The notes under the pieces were generated by a model. That model was given only the letters and a program-made list of their open reading frames with translations, made no database searches and was not told the DNA's origin. 43,283 nucleotides of DNA from contig JASLOB010000014.1 of the NCBI GenBank assembly GCA_030745695.1, positions 1 to 43,283 of the forward strand, in the 5' to 3' direction. The stretch's first letter is position 1; every line of letters starts with the position of its first letter. Source of the stretch: Candidatus Nanoarchaeia archaeon. GTDB taxonomy: Archaea > Nanobdellota > Nanobdellia > SCGC-AAA011-G17 > JACPNG01. Of the stretch, positions 15,622-25,704 are shown in pieces. A program made the position numbers and the translations under genes.

Positions 15622-16173
15622 TTAAATTCTAATTATTTTTGCTATTTTATTTGTTAGATCTATTATTATAGATGGATTGTTTTCTAAAATTCCATCATCT
15701 ATTCCAATATCTACTATTTTTTGGATTGATCTAGGAACTTTCTTTATATTAACTATAGGGTCTTTTCCTGTTTTATTTACAGATGTAGTAATGAATGGAA
15801 CTCTTGCTTTTTGAATTAATTTTGTGAAAGGATGATTTGGAATTCTCATTCCTAAAGTATTAACCCCTAAATTAACTTCATAAGGAACTACTGTTCTTTT
15901 TTGTTTTAGTATAAATGTAAATGGTCCTGGAAGTCTTTGAATATAATGTTTTTTAACATCAAAATTTCTATAAATCCAATTTTTATCGTAAGCTATGACA
16001 GAAAAAGGTTTGTCGCTTTTTTTTAATTTTCTAATTTTTTTAACAGAACTCTCATCCAAAGCATTACAACCCAATCCATAGATTGTATCAGTCGGATAAA
16101 CAAATATAGATCCTTTTCTTATATGATTTATAATTTCTCTTTCTCTTATTTTTGAAAATTCAATTATTTTCAT
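15622..16173 (-). CDS. tsaC: L-threonylcarbamoyladenylate synthase (YrdC/TsaC short form)
   Basis: 183 aa with YPTDTIYGLGCNA, KIRKLKKSDKPF and SVNKTGK. It is a YrdC domain only. Confidence 0.85.
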   Translation of the reverse strand: MKIIEFSKIREREIINHIRKGSIFVYPTDTIYGLGCNALDESSVKKIRKLKKSDKPFSVIAYDKNWIYRNFDVKKHYIQRLPGPFTFILKQKRTVVPYEVNLGVNTLGMRIPNHPFTKLIQKARVPFITTSVNKTGKDPIVNIKKVPRSIQKIVDIGIDDGILENNPSIIIDLTNKIAKIIRI

Positions 16174-18224
16174 ACTATAGAAGTAATGTGGTTTTCTTTT
16201 TTAAAACTTATTACATTATCAACAAATGTTTCTATTTTTGGTTCATGACTAACAATGATGATTTGTTTTAGATTCAACTCTTTTAATACAATTCTTATTC
16301 TATCTAATTGTTCATCTGAAAACCCATCTGTGGGTTCATCTAATATTATTAAATCATTAGTTTTTATACTAGTAATTAAATTATTAATAACTTGATTCAA
16401 AGATAGTCTATATGCTAATGCAGCTGCTGTTTTCTCTCCTCCACTTAAATAATTATAATCAATATCATGATTATTTTGTTCTATTAGAGGACTTAAATCT
16501 TGATTTAACCTAATCTTGATATCTTCAGTGTTAACTAATGTATAAAACCATTTTTGAAATAAAGAATTAAAATCATTATAAACTTTTAACATAATATTAT
16601 TCTCTATTGTATCTAAAGAAATAATAAAATATTCCTCTAACCATTCTTGTATTTTTGTTAATTGTTCCATATCTTTTCTTTTAAGTTCTTTTCTTTCTAT
16701 TTCATTAGTCAAATTCTCTATATTCAAATCTATATTCTTTTTTTCAATTTCTAAAATATTTTTGTTAATCTCCAAACTCTTTAATTCTTGTTGTAAATTT
16801 TCAATTTCTTTATTTTTTTCTTGAGTTTTTTCTTCTATATCCCCAAACTCTTTCAACTCTTTGTATAAAACTCCATTTCTAACATTTATTTCTGTAATTT
16901 CATTATTCAATCTTTTTTGTAATGATTTTAAAGATTCTACATCTGTTAACTTACTAGAAATAGAATCTAATTTGACTTTATTAATTTCATATTCTTTTTC
17001 TAAATTATTTAATTTCTCTATCTCTTGTTTATTTTCGTTTAGATTAGAATTCAATTCTAATTCTTTTTTTTCTAAATTATCAATTTTTTGTTTTTGATTA
17101 GAAACCAAATCTTGCTCTTTATTAAGAACATTATCTTTATAGTCTTTAGGAACCTCTTGTTTACAAACTGGACAAACATTTAAATCTTGGATTTCATCAA
17201 TTATTTTAGAAGAATTAATTGTTATTATTCTTGCTCCACTCACTTCATTTTTAGTAGAACTTAATTCTAATTCTTGTTCTTCAATATTTTTTTTTATTTT
17301 ATTTAAATCTCTTTCTACTTGTTCAATATTAATATTTATATTAACATTTTTGTTGATATCCTCAACCTCTCCTTCTATAACTTTAATTTTTTCATTGTCT
17401 TCTTTTATTCTTTCTAAGTTATTATTTAATTTTTGTTCATTTAATTCTAATTGAGTTCTAATACCACCTAATTTTTTGAAATCAGATTCAATTTTAGATA
17501 ATTCTTGTTTTTTTGATCTAATATCCTTATTTAAAGAATTTAATTGTGGGGTTAATTTGATTATCCCTTCACTTAACTTTGTATTTTTTTCTTTTAAAGA
17601 TTCCAACTCTTGTTGTTTTGAATTCAAGTCTAATAAATAACCTTGTAATTCTCTATTTTTTTCTTTTATTAAACTTATAAAAACTTTAGTGTTGTCTTTA
17701 ATTGTTTTATATTTATCAATCCCAAATACTTTTCTTAAAGTTTCTAATCTTGTATCATTAGAAGCTAATAAAATTTGTTTCATCTCATCTTGTGGAGTAT
17801 AAACTGTGTATCTATAAACTAAATCTTTATTTCTAGTTAACATATCTTTAGGATAATTTAATAAATCAAGAATAGCTTGTTTCAATTCAACTGGAGAAAG
17901 CTCTTTTTTCTCTCCATTAAATATAACATGCCCTGAATCTTGTGTAACAGTAGTTCCTCTCTTTAATGTTCTTTTAATAACTATTTTATCATTATTTATC
18001 TCAAAATAGAGTTCTACATATCCTTTATTAGTTCCATTTCTCAATAATGAAGCTCCATTCAAATTACCTCTTCTTAATCCAAATAAAGCAAAATCCATCG
18101 CTAACAATATAGAAGTCTTTCCAGAACCAATATTTCCAGTTAATAATGTAGATCCTTCTACAAAATCTATTTCTTGTTTAGTATAACTCCTAATATTTTC
18201 TAAAATAATTTTTTTAAGTAACAT
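16170..18224 (-). CDS. rad50: DNA double-strand break repair ATPase Rad50 (compact)
   Basis: 684 aa. Walker A GNIGSGKTS, a central CPVC zinc hook inside a long coiled coil, signature LSGGEK and Walker B LIILDEPT. Confidence 0.9.
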   Translation of the reverse strand: MLLKKIILENIRSYTKQEIDFVEGSTLLTGNIGSGKTSILLAMDFALFGLRRGNLNGASLLRNGTNKGYVELYFEINNDKIVIKRTLKRGTTVTQDSGHVIFNGEKKELSPVELKQAILDLLNYPKDMLTRNKDLVYRYTVYTPQDEMKQILLASNDTRLETLRKVFGIDKYKTIKDNTKVFISLIKEKNRELQGYLLDLNSKQQELESLKEKNTKLSEGIIKLTPQLNSLNKDIRSKKQELSKIESDFKKLGGIRTQLELNEQKLNNNLERIKEDNEKIKVIEGEVEDINKNVNININIEQVERDLNKIKKNIEEQELELSSTKNEVSGARIITINSSKIIDEIQDLNVCPVCKQEVPKDYKDNVLNKEQDLVSNQKQKIDNLEKKELELNSNLNENKQEIEKLNNLEKEYEINKVKLDSISSKLTDVESLKSLQKRLNNEITEINVRNGVLYKELKEFGDIEEKTQEKNKEIENLQQELKSLEINKNILEIEKKNIDLNIENLTNEIERKELKRKDMEQLTKIQEWLEEYFIISLDTIENNIMLKVYNDFNSLFQKWFYTLVNTEDIKIRLNQDLSPLIEQNNHDIDYNYLSGGEKTAAALAYRLSLNQVINNLITSIKTNDLIILDEPTDGFSDEQLDRIRIVLKELNLKQIIIVSHEPKIETFVDNVISFKKENHITSIV

Positions 18225-19404
18225 CTTTCCAAATATTATCTAATCTTAAAATTTTTATAACATCACTAATAATTCTAGATTCAAAATCTATTTTAGTTTC
18301 TCCATCTTCTCTTTCTCTTGATAATAGATTCATTAATTCATTACTAAATTTGATATCATTTAGATTAGAATTCTTTAAATTTTCTATTAATATTTTAGTT
18401 TCAATTTCTTCTACAGTCCCCCCTATTTTAGGAGCTTCAAATTCTTTACTTTCTAATTTATTTGTATTTCTTAATATTGAATAAGCATTAGCTTTTTGTG
18501 TTATCTCTCTAAAATTTATATCTGAAGGTTTGCCTGAACTTAAAGTACCTTCAATTCTTATTGTTATAATTTTATCTTCAACATCTTTTAAATTATCAAT
18601 TAATTCTTTTTCAATTTGAGAAGGAATTTGATTATTAGCATCAATTAACAAAGAACTAACTTCTTTTATTTTAATAGAGATGTGTTTAGTTATATTATTT
18701 GTTACATCTACTATAAAGAAACCTCCTTGTTTCAACTCTTCCAATTCTTTAAAATTATTAGGAAATAATGGTCCAGGATAAGCAATAGTTCCATAACCTT
18801 CATGTTGTTTAGCATAAACAAAATGTGGGTGTCCTCCAGCATAATAATTAAAGTTTTTAGGAAGTAAAAACATAGAATAAGCTTCTACATTCTCTAAATC
18901 TCTTGGTTTCAACTCTTCTAATAAAGCATGAAACATAAAAATTTTATATCCAGATTCTTTTTCTAATGATTCTTTATTCAACATTAAATAATCTTGTTTT
19001 TCTAACCCCCTTCTTCTCCCATACAATCCAGTTATTTTTACATTTGTTTTGTCTATAGTAAATTCTAAATTATTATCTTTTAATTTCATTACATTTTCTA
19101 ATAATCCAGCTTTTTCTAGAACATCTAACATTGTTTTTCCAGAAACAGAATAATCATGACTTCCAGGAATTACATAAACTGAAATGTTTAAATCATGGGC
19201 TTTTCTTAATGTATCTGCTACTTCTTTTATCAACTCAATATCTGGCAGAGATGTATTGAATAAATCTCCAGCTATTAGTATAAATCCTACATTTTCTTTT
19301 ATAGATTGAAAGATTGCTTCTTTAAAATGTAAAATACTTAATTTTTTTAATTCTGGTTCCCTCCAACCTCCAACATGACAATCAGCTATATGTGAAAATT
19401 TCAT
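18214..19404 (-). CDS. mre11: DNA repair nuclease Mre11
   Basis: 396 aa with phosphoesterase motifs HIADCHVG, AGDLFN, GSHD and GHPH. It overlaps rad50 by 11 nt. Confidence 0.9.
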   Translation of the reverse strand: MKFSHIADCHVGGWREPELKKLSILHFKEAIFQSIKENVGFILIAGDLFNTSLPDIELIKEVADTLRKAHDLNISVYVIPGSHDYSVSGKTMLDVLEKAGLLENVMKLKDNNLEFTIDKTNVKITGLYGRRRGLEKQDYLMLNKESLEKESGYKIFMFHALLEELKPRDLENVEAYSMFLLPKNFNYYAGGHPHFVYAKQHEGYGTIAYPGPLFPNNFKELEELKQGGFFIVDVTNNITKHISIKIKEVSSLLIDANNQIPSQIEKELIDNLKDVEDKIITIRIEGTLSSGKPSDINFREITQKANAYSILRNTNKLESKEFEAPKIGGTVEEIETKILIENLKNSNLNDIKFSNELMNLLSREREDGETKIDFESRIISDVIKILRLDNIWKDVT

Positions 19405-19501
19405 AACTTTAAACTAAGCTAAGAATTTATAAAAATTGATATGATTTAATATGATAGTTTAAATTAAAGAATAAAAAATTCATAATTCTATTATAAATAA
19501 T

Positions 19502-19747
19502 TTATCTTACAAATTTAACAGAATTTTTTTCTAAACTACAATCATTAATATCTAAAAGTTCATCTTCTTTATGGGTAAAGGAGACTATTTTGGAAATACT
19601 TGGATTTAAAGTTGCTAAATTTTTACTTTCATTATAACGTGATTTAGAATCACTCTTAAAAATTACTTTCATGAATAAATCAACTTTTTTATCTCCAATA
19701 TTTTCTACACTTAATTTATCTTTGCATGTGCTTATTAGTAATATCAT
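19502..19747 (-). CDS. hypothetical protein
   Basis: 81-aa ORF whose start overlaps the upstream stop by 4 nt. No motif recognised. Confidence 0.35.
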   Translation of the reverse strand: MILLISTCKDKLSVENIGDKKVDLFMKVIFKSDSKSRYNESKNLATLNPSISKIVSFTHKEDELLDINDCSLEKNSVKFVR

Positions 19748-19971
19748 TTTATTTTTACCACCTTTTTCAATAATATTTCAACTACCTCAGAAGGAGATTT
19801 ATTTTTAAGTTCTGATGTAGTTGCATAATCTGGAACAGGGATTTTTAGAGGATCTTCTTTTTTCTCAACATCAACTTTATCTTGTTTCTTAGTAAAACTA
19901 GATTTATATCCACATTCTGGACAAAACTTAAACTCTTTTTTTAAACTTGCTTCACAATTATAACACTTCAT
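19744..19971 (-). CDS. zinc-ribbon domain protein
   Basis: 75 aa with CYNC...CPEC at the N-terminus. Confidence 0.5.
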   Translation of the reverse strand: MKCYNCEASLKKEFKFCPECGYKSSFTKKQDKVDVEKKEDPLKIPVPDYATTSELKNKSPSEVVEILLKKVVKIK

Positions 19972-20310
19972 TTTCCTATATTTTTTTAAATAAAAAGAGA
20001 TATATAACTCTTTTCAATCCATAAGAAACTTTAATTTATGAATAATTCTATATGTCACTACTACTAAATAAGTAAAATAGTAATATTTATAAATAGGTAA
20101 ATTAGACTATATGATAGTAAGATAATCATATTTTAAGATTTATGGAAGAATAAAATGGTAGAATATTGTTGTATTGAAGGATGTGAAAGAAATCCAGAAT
20201 ACTCTATTAGATGGGAAGAATTAAGAATAGTTATGGATTCTCCAGTATATCAAGAATTAGTAAAAACAGGAGAGTTAAGAGTAAGAGAAGAGTAGTTCTA
20301 TATCATTAAG

Positions 20311-20505
20311 ATGTCAAGAGTTATGCAATCAATTGAAGAATTGAAATTAGAAGGAATAGAAGAACATCTTAGATACTCAAGAGAAGTAGAAGATGCAAAT
20401 GAGGGGTGGGATAACTTATTTTTGAACATTCTAGCTTTACCAAATGAACAACTTAGATCAAGCTATTTTCATAGATTAAATAAAGAAAGAGGTTATAGAA
20501 ATTAA
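20311..20505 (+). CDS. hypothetical protein
   Basis: 64-aa ORF, in frame with a 46-codon ORF (20155-20295) across a single TAG. Confidence 0.35.
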   Translation: MSRVMQSIEELKLEGIEEHLRYSREVEDANEGWDNLFLNILALPNEQLRSSYFHRLNKERGYRN

Positions 20506-20509
20506 AAAA

Positions 20510-21046
20510 ATGAAAAATAAGATTATAATTTTGTTGTTATTAAGCTTAGTATTTGTTAGTAGTTGTAGCTTAGGATTAGAGGGCATTACAGGAAGAGTTG
20601 TATTAGAAAATACTTTAAATGAAGAAGAAGAAAATGAAAGATTAGAACTTATTGAAGAATTAGATAGATTACTTGAAGAAATAAATTCTCCATTTATAGA
20701 CCTAGAAACTAGAGAAAATAAACATATTTTTAATTTTTTGCTACCTAAAAGATCTGGAACTTATGCTCCTTATTATGAAGTATATGATCAACCAATAAAA
20801 ATTGATTATGAAATAGAAAGTGATTGGATTGTTTCAATTTATTTTTTAAAATCTGAAGAAGATTGGAGAAAAAGTACTAAATTAGATGGTGTTGAAGAAA
20901 ACTTTGAATTTTTTTGTGAAAGTAGAGGAAAAAAATTAAAAGGAAGTTGTGAAATTGATTCAGGAGGTTTTGGAATAATTAATTCAGGAAGTAATATAAT
21001 TAATGTTAGTATGAACTTAACTATAGCCCCAATCAATAAAGAATAA
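20510..21046 (+). CDS. putative lipoprotein
   Basis: 178 aa. The signal peptide ends in the lipobox-like FVSSC. Confidence 0.55.
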   Translation: MKNKIIILLLLSLVFVSSCSLGLEGITGRVVLENTLNEEEENERLELIEELDRLLEEINSPFIDLETRENKHIFNFLLPKRSGTYAPYYEVYDQPIKIDYEIESDWIVSIYFLKSEEDWRKSTKLDGVEENFEFFCESRGKKLKGSCEIDSGGFGIINSGSNIINVSMNLTIAPINKE

Positions 21047-21371
21047 AAAATGAAACTTAAAGACTCTAAATTAGAAAAAGCCATGGAAACTCTTATTATA
21101 AGGAATATTCAAAGAGAGATTGAAGGTTTAGTTTACAACCCTGGTTGAAAAAATGAAGGTGGTCTGTTAGGTATTAGGATAGCTAATTTGAAAGAAAATG
21201 GAAATAAAGCTAAATATTTTGATATGTTAAGATATAGATATGACTCTTTAGAAGCAAACAAAGGTTTATAAACAGTAAATACAAAATAGTAAGATAAGGT
21301 ACAGTGAGAGAGCACTTGTAAACAACATTTCGCTTTTTCTTTAAGGTGCTTAAAATATAAGAGATAGAAAA

Positions 21372-22688
21372 ATGAAATTTGAAGATTTTAAATTAGATAA
21401 AGATTTGTTAAAAAACATTAACGATCTAAAATTTGTAGAACCAACACAAATACAAGAAAAATCCATCCCCCATATACTTGAAGGGAAAGATGTAGTTGGA
21501 GAATCAGCAACTGGATCTGGAAAAACATTAGCTTTTGGTTGTGGAGTTCTAAAAAAAGTTTCTCCAAAAAAAGGATTACAAGGATTAATATTAACTCCAA
21601 CAAGAGAATTAGCAGAACAAGTAAAAGAATCTATAAAAAATTTAGCAAGACACACTCATCTGAATATTATTTCTATATATGGTGGGGTAGACATAAAAAA
21701 ACAAATTTATAATCTTCCAAAAGCAGAAATTGTTATTGCGACTCCTGGAAGATTACTTGATCATTTAAAAAGAAAAACTGTTGATCTATCTAAAGTTAAC
21801 ATATTAGTTTTAGATGAATGTGATAGGATGTTTGATATGGGATTTAAAGAGGATATAGAACAGATTATTAGAAAATGTCCAAAAGAAAGACAATCTTTAT
21901 TCTTCTCAGCAACTATATCTTCAGAAATAAAAAAATTAGCTAATAATTATTCAAATAATCCAATTAGAGTATCAGCTAAAATAATGGTAGATCCTGAAAA
22001 ACTTAAACAAGTTTATTACAATACTCCTAGAAACATGAAGTTATCTTTACTTGTCCAATTATTGGAGATGGAGAAATCTGGGTTGGTAATGGTATTTTGT
22101 AATACTAGAAGAAATGTTGATTTTGTGGTTAAAAATCTCAAAGTAAATAATATTAAAGCAATAGCAATTCATGGTGGGATGGCTCAAAATAAGAGAAACA
22201 ACACTATTGAGATGTTTAATGGAAATAAATTTGGAGTACTAGTTTGCACGGATGTTGCAGCAAGAGGATTACATATTGATAATGTTTCTCATATCTATAA
22301 TTATGATATTCCAAGAGATCCAAAAGATTATGTTCATAGAATTGGAAGAACAGCAAGAGCTGGTGAGGAAGGAAAAGTAGTTAATTTACTAGCAGAAGAT
22401 CATTTTGGTAATTTTTCTTTGATAAAAAGAAATTATCCTAATTTTGATATTAAAAAAATGGGAAACATTCATGTTAAAAAAATTAAGTCATTAAGAACAG
22501 ATAACTTTCAAAAATTTGGTTCTAGAGGAAGAAGTAATTTTAGAAGATCAAATTCTAGGGGAAATTTTAGAAGAAATAATGATAGAAAAGATGATTCTAG
22601 GAGAAATTTTAGAAAAGGTAATGATGAAAGAAATGATTCTAGAAGATTTCAAAGAAGAACTACAACCCAAAGTCATAGAAGAAGATAA
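21372..22688 (+). CDS. DEAD-box ATP-dependent RNA helicase with Arg/Asn-rich C-terminal tail
   Basis: 438 aa. Q motif PTQIQ, ATGSGKT, PTRELA, TPGRL, DECD (DEAD variant), SAT and HRIGRTARAG. The tail repeats SRGNFRR/SRRNFRK. Confidence 0.92.
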   Translation: MKFEDFKLDKDLLKNINDLKFVEPTQIQEKSIPHILEGKDVVGESATGSGKTLAFGCGVLKKVSPKKGLQGLILTPTRELAEQVKESIKNLARHTHLNIISIYGGVDIKKQIYNLPKAEIVIATPGRLLDHLKRKTVDLSKVNILVLDECDRMFDMGFKEDIEQIIRKCPKERQSLFFSATISSEIKKLANNYSNNPIRVSAKIMVDPEKLKQVYYNTPRNMKLSLLVQLLEMEKSGLVMVFCNTRRNVDFVVKNLKVNNIKAIAIHGGMAQNKRNNTIEMFNGNKFGVLVCTDVAARGLHIDNVSHIYNYDIPRDPKDYVHRIGRTARAGEEGKVVNLLAEDHFGNFSLIKRNYPNFDIKKMGNIHVKKIKSLRTDNFQKFGSRGRSNFRRSNSRGNFRRNNDRKDDSRRNFRKGNDERNDSRRFQRRTTTQSHRRR

Positions 22689-22937
22689 TAAATAATCTTA
22701 TTAATTCTTAAATCATTTTTAGGTGTTTCAGTTATATCATGGTCTATGTTTATAGTAATGTCATCATTATGGTTGGTTTAGGAGATATTACATAAAGCAA
22801 AGCCAATAATACTTGCCACCTCACTTTCTATTGTACTTCAAGGATTAATTGTTCTAGGTGTTTTACTTAACTAAAGAAAAGTTTATAAAATTTGTATAAT
22901 GTTAAATATTGAGTAAGATAAAACAAGGAGGAATAAA

Positions 22938-23120
22938 ATGCAACAACAAAATCCAACATCTAATGTAAACCAACAAGTTAACCCTACAACTATGAATTCT
23001 ACTCAAAGTAAAACACAAGTAGTAGACTCTCCAAAAAAAGAAAATTGGATTGTTTATGGATTAATAGTTTTAGGTGTAATTATAATTACATTTGGGGTAT
23101 ATTGGTTTTTTTTAAGATAA
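22938..23120 (+). CDS. small membrane protein with Gln/Asn-rich N-terminus
   Basis: 60 aa with AGGAGG upstream and a single C-terminal TM helix. Confidence 0.45.
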   Translation: MQQQNPTSNVNQQVNPTTMNSTQSKTQVVDSPKKENWIVYGLIVLGVIIITFGVYWFFLR

Positions 23121-23124
23121 TAAG

Positions 23125-23331
23125 ATGGAAAAAGAGATTACATTAGAAGCGGAGAAAAAATATAGTATTTGTACTTGTGGTAAAAGTAAAGTTATTCCTT
23201 TTTGTGATAATACTCATAGAGAATTAAATGAAAAAACTGGTTGTAGTTATAAATCATTAAAGATAACACCTAAAAAAAAGATTATTATTACTCTATCTTC
23301 AAGTAATTGGGAGGATAAAGAAGAAAACTAA
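23125..23331 (+). CDS. CDGSH-type iron-sulfur domain protein (variant CDNTH)
   Basis: 68 aa. CTCGKSKVIPFCDNTH fits C-x-C-x2-S-x3-P-x-C-D-x-[ST]-H. Confidence 0.65.
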   Translation: MEKEITLEAEKKYSICTCGKSKVIPFCDNTHRELNEKTGCSYKSLKITPKKKIIITLSSSNWEDKEEN

Positions 23332-23335
23332 AATC

Positions 23336-23563
23336 TTAATTATTAATTGAATATATAAATAATATTAATGAAATGATTAAAAAGATAACACCTAAATAGG
23401 GATAATGCTTCTTATCTCTTTCTAAATTATATTTGATATAAGATGTAATGTGTAATTTTTTAGCTAAATAAAATGATAATTTCCAAGCTTTTTCTGGAAT
23501 GATTAAAAAAGATAAACCTGCTACAAGAAAAATGCCTGATCTAATTAAATTAATATTATCCAT
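23336..23563 (-). CDS. small membrane protein
   Basis: 75 aa with two predicted TM helices. Confidence 0.4.
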   Translation of the reverse strand: MDNINLIRSGIFLVAGLSFLIIPEKAWKLSFYLAKKLHITSYIKYNLERDKKHYPYLGVIFLIISLILFIYSINN

Positions 23564-23615
23564 ACTATATTAAATAGTTAGATATATTTATAATCTCTCC
23601 TCTTCTAAAAATAAT

Positions 23616-24356
23616 ATGAAAACAAAATTTACTATATTCATAATATTCTTATTATTAATTTCAACAGTAGAAGCAGTTGATTATCCAAAATTAAATGAGT
23701 TTGTAACAGATAATGCAAATTTAATTTCTCCAGAAGATGAACAAAAGATTATTGAGATAGCTAAAAAAATAGAAAAAGAAACTAGTGTAGAGATAGCAAT
23801 AGTAACTATAAAATCATTAGAAGGGTTAGATAAAGAACAATATGCTTTGGAATTATTTGAACAAGCTGGAATTGGAAAAGAAGACAAAGATAATGGATTA
23901 TTAATATTAGTAGCAATAGAAGAAAGAGAATATAGAGTAGAAGTAGGTTATGGATTGGAAGGATTGATTCCAGATAGCTCTAAAGTAACTATAGGAACAA
24001 GAATTTTAGAACCAAATTTCAAAGAAGATGAATTTGGAAAAGGAATTTATGAATCCTTAATAATTATTCAAGATATATTAGGAGGTGAAGGAGAGATATT
24101 ATCAAGATATCAATCAACTTATACAACTAATAGAAGAGGAATTAGTCCAATAACTTATATTTATTTGATATTTTTCATTATTTCGATTACAGGTAGTCTA
24201 TTTGGAAAAAAAGGAAGAAGACATGGATTTTTATTCTTTCCTTTAATCATTCCAGGTGGTGGATGGAATGGAGGAACCGGGGGCTTTGGATCAAGTGGAT
24301 TTGGAGGTTTTGGTGGGGGAATTTCAGGTGGAGGAGGTTTCGGAGGGAACTTTTAA
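23616..24356 (+). CDS. TPM-domain (YgcG/TLP18.3-like) protein with TM helix and Gly-rich tail
   Basis: 246 aa. Signal peptide, FVTDNANLISPEDEQKI...EIAIVTI (TPM signature), one TM helix, and a C-terminal GGFGGxxSGGGGFGG tail. Confidence 0.7.
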   Translation: MKTKFTIFIIFLLLISTVEAVDYPKLNEFVTDNANLISPEDEQKIIEIAKKIEKETSVEIAIVTIKSLEGLDKEQYALELFEQAGIGKEDKDNGLLILVAIEEREYRVEVGYGLEGLIPDSSKVTIGTRILEPNFKEDEFGKGIYESLIIIQDILGGEGEILSRYQSTYTTNRRGISPITYIYLIFFIISITGSLFGKKGRRHGFLFFPLIIPGGGWNGGTGGFGSSGFGGFGGGISGGGGFGGNF

Positions 24357-24386
24357 AAATTTTAATATATACATAAAGGAGTAAAA

Positions 24387-25025
24387 ATGGAAGATACAAT
24401 ACAAAATTTAAAAAAAATATTAAAAGAAAATCTGATTACTGTAGCTGAATATGGTAAAAAAGATAAAACTCACTTAATAATTCTAGAAAAATTAGATGCT
24501 AGTATATTAAATGAAGTTAAACAAGAAATAAAAACCTATCATAAAAAAACAAAGAAATATCCATTATTATTAACAAAAGAAGAATTAACTGATGGATTAG
24601 ATGTATTTCCATTAGAATTTCTAAATATTAAGTTAAATCATAAGATATTATATGGTGGGGGAATACTAAAAAATCTAAAATTTGAGAAAAAATTTGTACG
24701 AAGAGAGTTAGAATTTGAATTTAGATCAAAATTAATAAATTTAAGACAAGGTTATTTAGAAGTTGAAAATAAAAAACAATATAAAATAATAATAGAAAAA
24801 GCCATTCCAACATTACTACCAATACTAAATGGATTGTTATTTTTAAAAGATGTAGACATTCCAGAATCACAAGATGAAATATTCAATTTAGTATCTGAAA
24901 AGTATAAAGTAGACATAAGTATATTGAAAAATTTAGAAACTTTAACTAATGAAGAAGAGTCAATTAAAGATCTAATAAATTTACTCTCAGAATTAGGAGA
25001 GACATTAGATGAAATGAACATATGA
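24387..25025 (+). CDS. hypothetical protein (possibly a degenerate nucleotidyltransferase fold)
   Basis: 212 aa. Weak resemblance to minimal NTase-like proteins, but no GS/DxD catalytic motif is seen. Confidence 0.35.
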   Translation: MEDTIQNLKKILKENLITVAEYGKKDKTHLIILEKLDASILNEVKQEIKTYHKKTKKYPLLLTKEELTDGLDVFPLEFLNIKLNHKILYGGGILKNLKFEKKFVRRELEFEFRSKLINLRQGYLEVENKKQYKIIIEKAIPTLLPILNGLLFLKDVDIPESQDEIFNLVSEKYKVDISILKNLETLTNEEESIKDLINLLSELGETLDEMNI

Positions 25026-25059
25026 GTATATTTAAAAACTAAGAAATAACAAAAATAAG

Positions 25060-25653
25060 ATGAGAAGAATGAAGAAAAACACTAAGATTATAATTGGTGT
25101 AGTATCATTTGTATTAATCTTAACTTTTTGGTATGTTGGAATTTATAATAGTTTGATTACTTTAGATGAAACAGTAAATGAAAAATGGGCTCAAGTAGAG
25201 AACCAATACCAAAGAAGAGCAGATTTAATTCCTAATTTAATAAACACAGTTACTGGAGCAAGAGATTTTGAAGCAGAAACTCAAGCTGAAATAGCAAGAT
25301 TAAGAACTCAAGCAACTCAAATTAAAAATGATGTAGCTAAAGGTTTAGCTCCTAGTCAATTAAATCAAATGGATAGTAGAATGGGTTCTGTTTTAAGTGG
25401 ATTAAATATAGTTGTAGAAGCATATCCAAATTTAAAAGCAACTGAGAACTTCTTAGCTTTACAATCTCAATTAGAAGGAACAGAAAATAGAATATCAACA
25501 GAAAGAATGAGATATAATGAAGCTGTAAAATTATTCAATATTAAGATAAAAAGAATTCCAAGTAAATGGGTAGCATCCCAATTAGGCTATGTAGATAAAG
25601 AATTCTATGAAATTGAAGAAGGAACTGAAGAAGTCCCATTAGTTGAATTTTAG
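25060..25653 (+). CDS. lemA: LemA family membrane protein
   Basis: 197 aa. N-terminal TM helix followed by YNSLITLDETVNEKWAQVENQYQRRADLIPNL. Confidence 0.85.
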   Translation: MRRMKKNTKIIIGVVSFVLILTFWYVGIYNSLITLDETVNEKWAQVENQYQRRADLIPNLINTVTGARDFEAETQAEIARLRTQATQIKNDVAKGLAPSQLNQMDSRMGSVLSGLNIVVEAYPNLKATENFLALQSQLEGTENRISTERMRYNEAVKLFNIKIKRIPSKWVASQLGYVDKEFYEIEEGTEEVPLVEF

Positions 25654-25704
25654 TTTTTATTCTTTATAGTAAAGTTATTAAGTTTTTCATTTTTAGAGAT
25701 TATT

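Noticed and set aside
22727-22767. Possible C/D-box sRNA on the minus strand: ATGATGA at 22767-22761 and CTGA at 22730-22727.
   Set aside because: Only 29 nt separate the boxes, which is too short for C/D'/C'/D architecture with 12-nt guides. There is no terminal stem and no convincing C'/D' boxes.
22689-22875. A hydrophobic open frame continuing in frame after the helicase double stop, with an internal TAG (..SVISWSMFIVMSSLWLV-TAG-EILHKAKPIILATSLSIVLQGLIVLGVLLN).
   Set aside because: It has no start codon, is very short, and T-rich sequence gives hydrophobic translations by default. At most it is a decayed remnant and is not supportable as a feature.
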